From the human T2T-CHM13v2.0 reference genome, Homo sapiens: 64,000 nucleotides of DNA. Of this stretch, positions 56,770 to 64,000 are shown one piece after another; positions within the stretch are counted from its first letter, which is position 1; the number at the start of each line of letters is the position of its first letter. The notes below the pieces were generated by a model. The model was not told where the DNA came from. It saw only the letters and a program-made list of their open reading frames with translations, and searched no databases. The stretch lies in the NCBI RefSeq assembly GCF_009914755.1, contig NC_060925.1, one strand, 5' to 3'. A program made the translations under genes and the position numbers.

Positions 56770-57130
56770 CATGACTAGTGTTCACGAAGATTTCTGACTC
56801 TCCTCTCCTTCTGAGCACATATCCCTCAATGTAAGATGTATCCTTGTGACTTGCTTTGGCCAGTGAAATGTGAGTGGAAGGACGTTTGTCAATTCTGGTG
56901 GAGAATATTTTAGAGCCAGCACGAGTCTCCATGCTCTCTTTTCCTGTCACTGTGAACCTGAAGCCTGATATTGAGGTGACAGTGGAGATTCTGCAGTTTG
57001 GGCCTCTGAGCGTCTACCACCACCGAGTCCTCCCTTCGAACTCCCCCTTCAACCTGAAGTGAGCTTTGTTTTATGCACTGGGATTTTGGGGTTGTTTGTT
57101 ATAGTGGAAGCTCAGCCTATCCTGACTGTA
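56770..57130 (+). mobile_element. MLT1-type MaLR LTR
   Basis: GTGACTTGCTTTGGCCAGTGAAATGTGAGTGGAAG...GATTTTGGGGTTGTTTGTTA...CCTATCCTGACT. Confidence 0.7.
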
Positions 57131-57724
57131 GCCTCCCTATAATAAATCAGGTTCTTTTCCCATACATTAACTCATGTGATGACCACTGCAACCCTGTGAG
57201 TTTCATTGCACAGATGAGGAAACTGAAGCTCAGATTCAAAAACTGATTCCAAAGCTGATTTAATGGATTCCAAAGTCGATTCCCTTCCCACTATACTATG
57301 TTGTCTTCTACTCTGAAGAAGATTCCACTTTTATGTTTCTCTGGATCCTGTGGGGCCCACAGCCCTTGTTCTGCAACTATGGCTTATTAGAGTTTGATTT
57401 GTTGTGGTCTACAGCCTCGCTGACCTTATGATTCAATGAAGGAATTGGAGAAATAAGCAAACACTTATTTTGACCCTAAGAAGCAAGTTAGAAAGCAGGC
57501 ACACTATGAACACGTGGAAGGGCAGAGCATGCGCATCTGCATGAGGTCGGGAGGGCGTGAGAGAGCCTGGGGCTGGGCAGTGCAGTCCGTGTCCAGGGAA
57601 GCCTGACAGTCAGCAGGGGGAATGTGAGGTTGGACTGGGTCCTGGAAGACTTGGGTTCCAGGCCTGGCTCGGCCAGCCTTGGTGACTCACCTTTCTGGGC
57701 CAACCTCCCAGCTGTGGAATAAGC

Positions 57725-57905
57725 ATTTTGGATTCCAACCCTGCCTGCACATTAGCATCACCTGGGGAGCTTTAAAAAGACAAATCACCACCCAGCCTCA
57801 GAGATTCTGATTCAGCAGATCAGGGGCAGCACACAGGCCTCTGTAGTTTTAAACAACTTTTAAAAGGACACTGAAGCACAGGCAGATTTGGGCGTCACGG
57901 CGCTA
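57725..57905. mobile_element. MER5A-like hAT-Charlie element
   Basis: TGCACATTAGCATCACCTGGGGAGCTTTAAAAA...AGAGATTCTGATTCAG. Confidence 0.75.
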
Positions 57906-58949
57906 GACCATTCTAGGATGCCCTTTCTGTTGTTTCAGTGCCTGGGATCCACCCTCATGACCCAACTGTTTCTGCCAAAGGTGTTTTAGCTATCCCTGGA
58001 GTCCACCCAGACCTCTGGGAAAACTTGTCTGAGGCCTGTGCCAGAACTCCAGTGGCCACTCAAAGTCAGAAATTCCAGAGGGACTGTGGGATTCCATGGG
58101 GCTTCAAATCCACTTCCCAAGCTATGCCATTGTGAGGAAAGTGAGACAAAGTGTCGAGGGGCTGGGAAGATTAGTAAGCAAAAGGCTTCCCTGAGACAGC
58201 ATCTAAACTTGCACGGAAGACAGCCCTTCTAGACCAGAGCAGTTTCATCCCAAAGCAGGTCCTTGGACACTGCTCCCTCTCAAATCCCATCCACCAGGAA
58301 ATGCTTTCCTGGCCTACACAGAACTAGCCGGCTTACTGCAAAGCTTCTTCAGATTTTCCTCTTGATAGACCCCCGCCCCAGGACTTCTCTGCCCTTTAAA
58401 TTCTGGCATCCTGACACTGGCAGCATTAGCTGTGGGCTTGGTTGAATAAGAAACTGCAGCAATGCCAGGGAATCAGCAGGAAGACCTCCAGCTTCCCCAC
58501 AGCCTCTTGGCAGAACTCAGGGTGGCCTCTCAGCTGGTATACTGCAGCCAGGCTGCTGGGTACTTGCCTGGACCTAGTGCCAGGCCCCACAGCAGAGGGC
58601 AAGGTGTGTGGCTGCCTTGGTTGGCAAGTGCATTCCAATTCCTAGGAATCTCATGGAATCGTGCTGCGAATTAGCTACCTCACAGCCTCTACCCAGCTAA
58701 CTACCCTCCTCTGCCAATTCTAGCTCTAATTTTTTTGTCCAATCCTCCCTCTGCCATCATCCTACTTCAGGTCCTTTCTTCCTCTTGCTTGACTCTGATG
58801 TGATGGCATCCCAGATAATCTTCCCACCTCTGTTCTCTCATCCTCCAACTTATAATATGCAGTTCTGCCAAGATGATCTCCCTAAGCCACAGCTCTCATT
58901 CTGCCACTCCTAAATTAAAAAACAAACAAACAAAAAAACAAATTCCCAG

Positions 58950-59380
58950 TTGTCTCCATCATAGTTCAGGTTTTCTGGAAATAGAGTTCGAGCAGGAGAA
59001 TTGCATGCAGAAAGTTTCCTGGGGAATGCTCTCGGGAGACAGACCTGTAAGGAAGTAAGGAAGACAGGATAGGCCCCAGAAAGAAGCTGGCCCACAGGTG
59101 GTGATACCTGAGGCCTCTGCTGGTTCTATCGGGAGTTCTGGATTTGGGATGGCCCTGCAGAGTAGTCCCAAATTGAGCCCAGTTTCCAGACATCAGCCAT
59201 TCATTGGTCACAGTCTACCCCACCCCACAAAGGGGGCATATTCCCAGGTAACACAGCTCCCTGCAGCCGAAGGCAGTGCCTAGTGAGGAACACAGCTCGG
59301 AGACATCAGCAGGTGATGCTCCCAGCAGCCAGGGCATGGCTCTGTGGACCCTGAGCAGGGCTCTAAGAAGGGGACCCCAT
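58950..59380 (-). mobile_element. ERVL-type LTR (LTR16/LTR33-like)
   Basis: GGAGAATTGCATGCAGAAAGTTT..GGGGAATGCTCTCGGGAG...CCTGTAAGGAAG resembles reverse ERVL LTR ends. Confidence 0.55.
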
Positions 59381-59449
59381 TATCCACTTCTGTTTCTTCA
59401 GCTTGGCACTCATGCCTACCTCCCATTCTGCTATAGAACCCACCCCTCC

Positions 59450-60020
59450 CTTTTTTTCTCTTTTGTCTTTCTTTTTTATTATGGTACAAATATATACAAA
59501 TTTGCCATCATAACCATTTTTACATGGACAGTTCTGTGGTATTAATTTACAATGTTGTGCATCTGTCATCACTATCCATTTCCAAAACTTTTTCATCACC
59601 CCAAACAGAAACTCTGTAATCATTAAGCAGTAACTCCCATTCCCTACTTCCCCGAGCCCTGGTAACCTCTAAACTACTTTCTGCCTCTGTGAATTTTCCT
59701 ATTCTAGATATTTCATATATGTGGGATCATACATTTGTCCCTCTGTGACTGGCTTCATTCACTCAGTATGACTTTCAAGGTTCACCCATGTTGTGGCATG
59801 TATCAGAACTTCACTCCTTTTGATAGCTGAACAATATTCCATTGTATGGATAAACCCTGTTTTGTTTATCCATTTATTTGTTAATGGACATGTGGGCTGT
59901 TTTTACCTTTGTATCATAGTCAATAATGGTGCAATAAACATTAGTATTCAAAATATCTGAGTTCCTGCTTTCAGTTCTTTGGAATATACACCAAGAAGTA
60001 GAATTATCCACTCCTCTCGT
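59450..60020 (-). mobile_element. L1MB/MC 3' fragment
   Basis: CATCACTATCCATTTCCAAAACTTTTTCATCACCCCAAACAGAAACTCTGTA...GCTGAACAATATTCCATTGTATGGATA. Confidence 0.85.
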
Positions 60021-60161
60021 AAACACCTAGGTTTCTGTTGAAACCATTCACCAGCCCTGGACCATGACTCATGATTCCCTGCCTCCAGAGACCAGTATAT
60101 TCTGACCTTTCCACCCGGAACCCCCTTCTTCCCTTCTCCACATATCAAAATCGTCTCCATT

Positions 60162-60500
60162 TGTGCTAGGCAGAAAAAAAAGTGTCCCCTCCCCAAAGAT
60201 ATATTCATTTCCTAATCCCCAGAACCTTTGAATATTACCTAACATGGCAAAAATTGTTGAGGTAAGCATCTTGAGAGGGGATTATCCTGGATTATCTAGG
60301 GGGTCCTGAGTGCCATCACATGTATCGTTGTAAGAGGGGACAAGGGAGAGTAGGCAGACACACACAGAGAAGGCAACGTGAAGGCAGAGACAGAGTTTGG
60401 AATGATGCAGCCCCAAACTAAGAAACACCGAGGATTGCCGGCAGCCACCAGAAGGTGGAAGAGACACGGAACCGATTCTCCCCTGGACATGCCTGGGTTG
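60162..60500 (+). mobile_element. MLT1C/D-like MaLR LTR (partial)
   Basis: CCTAATCCCCAGAACCTTTGAATATTACC...GATTATCCTGGATTATCTAGG...GTGAAGGCAGAGACAGAG. Confidence 0.8.
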
Positions 60501-61891
60501 TGAAATCTTTAAGCAGGCATGAAGGCTTATGCACCAAAGTATTTCATTTAAATTCACGTGGTAAGTATTTAGCATGAGCCAGGCTGTGTTCCAGAGACCA
60601 AGCCCTCAGATTGGAACCCATATATTTTTTCCAGTTTTTAATTTTGTAAGTAATTCATTTGATCAACAAATATTTATTGAACAGTTACTCTGTGCCAAAC
60701 ACTGTTTGGGGATCCAGGAATACAATGGTTAACAAAATAAACATCCCTTAGTCCTTGACACCCCCCAAATAGTCCTTGTCCTCATGAAAGAGACAGAAAA
60801 TAAACACATCTATATACATTTATATGTATTTCATGACGAGAAATGATAAATGTTATAAAGAATTTTGGAAGTAATATATAAATACATGCTCATTATAAAA
60901 AAGAAATAGAAAAGATGAAGTAAAAAATGAAAGTACACTTCAGCACTACCTCTAATTCCATGCTGCTCCCAGAGGTAACCACCGTTAGCAGTATGCATCC
61001 TTCCTAGCTTCTTTCTGTGCAGTTATATAAACCTTACAAATCACCTATATGGGTATTTTTTGCATAAACAGAATATACTTTATGCGTTGCCCTGAATCTT
61101 AGCATAGAATTACACATAGAATAAATGTTTGCTCTGTATAGGTTGATGAGTATTGAGTTTCTTAAACTTCTCAAAAGGCCCACCCACCTAATGCTGAGCA
61201 TCAGGGCCAGGTCCAAGGTAAGCAGCTGGTTCTCCGGCTTCTTCTGTTAGTGGGTGTGTGCTTTGGTGAGCACCTTGGGTGCAGAGAAGAGATGTGAACA
61301 AAGCACTGTTTGCCAGCCATGTGGAGGAGGTGGAGGTGACACCTCCCTGGGCACCAGAGTACAATATGTGTGTAGACAGTCTTTCTGTTTCCAGCCCCAG
61401 TGTTACCCCGTTTAGTTCTTTTTGGAGATGGAGAAAGGCTTCTTTGCGTTCAGAGTCTGTATTGAAGATTTGGGACAGCCACAGGCCAGATCCCTAACCC
61501 TGGTCTGAGAGGTATCTTTCATCCCTCAACAGACATTTTCAGAATAAAGTACCAGACAGGGTACCAGGCCCTGGCCATGACCACTTCCAGAATAATCCCA
61601 GGAATGGAGTGGAGTGGCAAATCCAGGTGCAGGAGTCCGCATCCCACTTGCCTCCTGGCTCCACCTGCCTCAGACAGACCCAAGAAAGAAAACAGTGGCT
61701 ATGATGTCTGAGGCTGCTGCGATGGGTGCTCTCATAGGTGAGTGGAAAATTTTTCTACTCTTAAGTCCAGCTCTGTTCCATGCTGTAGGAAAATTTTCTA
61801 CTTCCACGTATGCCTTTTGTTCTTTCTTCTACCATTTGCTACAGCAGTGTTAGTGCCTGAACGATTACAGTCTCTCTCTCTCTATTTCTTT

Positions 61892-61894
<3 letters not shown>

Positions 61895-61923
<29 letters not shown>
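61895..61923. repeat. (TG)14 microsatellite preceded by (TC)n
   Basis: Seen directly. Confidence 0.97.
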
Positions 61924-61925
<2 letters not shown>

Positions 61926-63079
61926 TCTCCATATGTTCTGTGTTATCACACCCATTGTAAGATGGAAAGACAAAGGCCCTGAAAAATCACTGAGTAGAAA
62001 AGGACACTCCAAAAAATGTTTCTCTGTCTCCAGGAAGCCTGTGTCTAAGTCATGGACAATAGCTGGGTGTTTTCCAGCTTTTAAATCTCTTCAAGGAAAT
62101 TGGAACATGACTGATCCCATCCTGGACCAAATTTCAAAAGACATTTTTGCAGACAAATTAGCTTCCTAGTTGTGTCACCTGAATTACTACTAAACCACAC
62201 TGTCTCCTTCCATTGACCACATGGCCCCAAATAAGAGATTTTGCCCTCCCGTCATTACTGAAAAATTTTCAACTTTTCTTCCAATTCATTCCTCATATAG
62301 GACTTATTTATATTAGACATTTGACAATGCAATTTTAAAGGAGAAGTACAAATCACTATTAAAATGTATATGACATATTTATTGATTTTTGTTCAATTGT
62401 TAAGAAGTTTGTAACTTTTTTTTCCTTTTTTCTTCTGTGAAGTGGCACTCTGAAAGCCAGCTGATAGGCTTCTGAGTCAGCGTTGCTGTTTCTAATTATT
62501 GAATATCTAGAAGCAGCTCCAGACAACTGCTCAGCATTACGTTCCCACCAGCCAAACCTGAGAGACAGAATTCTTGGTTACAAAATGCTGGAGTTAAGGG
62601 TTGAAAGACAACTTCCATTATAACCTCCTGTTTTCACTCACTTAAAATTGCCCAAAAATTGTCCTCTTGCTCCAAATCATTTCATGCTCTGTTTCCACCC
62701 CAAGGATGAAATTGCTTGGAAAGTTTGAACAAAAGTGGTTTAGCCAGTTTGGATTCAGGCAATTTGGGGGAGAATATCCTTTTTCAACTGAAAAACAAAT
62801 AATGTGTATCTCTGGCTATGGACAACCCCAAAGCAGCTGTCACCTTATAGCATCGGTTCTCTTGTGTGGGTGGTCAGCTTTATCCAAGAAAGGAAGTGTC
62901 TGTGGATACAGTGGAAATCCAGAATCTCAAAGAAGAAATCAGAAGCAATGATGGTATGGATTTGTGCTTTCTGTTCTACAATTTGGTTGCCGATGGGGAA
63001 GGAGGGCAGGAGGAGAAGGACTTATATTATCTGCAGAATAAAGACTGTCCTCTTTTCCTAGAATTAACTGTTTTGTTTG

Positions 63080-63350
63080 CAATAGAATACAGTGGCTAAA
63101 AGTATGGGATTTAAATTAAGGCATTCATGGATTCGAGTTTGGATTCTGCCCATGACTAGCTATGTGACACAATTAGTAATAAAACCTCCCTAAGCATTGA
63201 TATCCTCTCCATTAAAATGGGGATCATGATAGTAGCCACTTCATAGAAGTGCACTGAGGATAAAATAAGGCAATACATATGAAATGCTTGGCCCAATGTC
63301 TGGAGTACCATGTGCAGGCAATGTAGGTTGCCTGGTAGTAGAGCAATGGT
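63080..63350 (+). mobile_element. MIR SINE
   Basis: GGATTCGAGTTTGGATTCTGCCCATGACTAGCTATGTGAC...AAAATGGGGATCATGATAGTA. Confidence 0.75.
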
Positions 63351-63399
63351 AGTAATAGAGAAATACACAGACATGGCTGCATGTTGAATCTGTCAGTTG

Positions 63400-63890
63400 T
63401 GTTGACATCTAGGTTTTTGCCTTTCTGGATCCATTCCCAATTCTGGTGAGCACACCTCAGTTTTCATTTTTGGAAACCACTCCTTCCCAGGTTCAGCCCA
63501 TGTGATTCAGATGTTGCTATCCCTCCCACCATTCTCACAGGTGTATCTGGGACCTAATTCCAACAAAGTAGAGCTTGTGAATATCTGCTCCGGGATTTCT
63601 GCTGGAACGTGGGCAAAGAGAAGATCTCTCCTCCTTTGGCTAGGGTCACTGGCCCACAAGAATGCCAACTTAGAGTTCCTGGAAGTCACTTTTTGTCAAG
63701 CTTACCAAGAATGACTCTAACAGAGAGAAATACAGACCCCAGAGATAGCAAGAGTCCTGAAGGCATTATCCGAGTGCCTGGGCCCTCTGTACCTGCAGCT
63801 GGTCCTGTCCTAAGACTTTCAGTTTTGTGAGACTTTTTTCTTAAACCAGATTGAATTGGACCTGTATTATTTCCATTAGTCCTCTTCAAA
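63400..63890 (+). mobile_element. Old MLT1-type LTR
   Basis: TTTTTGGAAACCACTCC...TTTTTTCTTAAACCAGATTGAATTGG resembles MLT1K/L. Confidence 0.5.
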
Positions 63891-64000
63891 AAAGAAGCTC
63901 AAGGCTAAAAGCATCCAGCAGTGAGGCAGAACTCTTCATGATGTTTGGAAAACATGTATTTTTTCTGCTTCTACTTTGCTGGCAGCTTTGGACAAGTCCC

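Overview
Human (primate) genomic DNA, recognisable as the 5' end of the LIM-homeodomain gene LMX1A on the minus strand. From memory, unverified, this is chr1q23.3 between the LMX1A body and RXRG. Only two coding exons are present. Exon 2 (ATG at 29913, [12 protein letters not shown]...) and exon 3 (27430-27616, first LIM domain) join in frame across canonical splice sites. Bases 1-27429 are part of the very long intron 3. A multi-part CpG island (about 26.3-31.6 kb) covers two candidate alternative first exons and the promoter. The rest is upstream intergenic DNA with an orphan CpG island at about 50.4-51.25 kb. Interspersed repeats are typical: 8 Alu/FLAM, a 5'-truncated L1PA, old L1M, L2, MIR, MaLR/ERVL solo LTRs and hAT-Charlie MERs. 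All other ORF-track entries look like chance or repeat-derived frames. I see no evidence for a new multi-gene system. The most notable unexplained structures are: (1) a cluster of template-switch scars at 8.7-11 kb, comprising two perfect inverted repeats and a 33-bp templated insertion with a 13-bp duplication; (2) a 108-bp dispersed duplication upstream of the promoter; (3) an 88-bp L1-mobilised retrocopy of an ERV LTR poly(A) end; (4) a strong-context in-frame GUG that could extend LMX1A by 29 aa; (5) a perfect divergent TATA box with downstream splice donors; (6) a full extended CTCF site; and (7) homeodomain/FOX/TCF motif clusters that may be autoregulatory enhancers. Repeat subfamily names and boundaries are by eye from remembered consensus sequences and are approximate.
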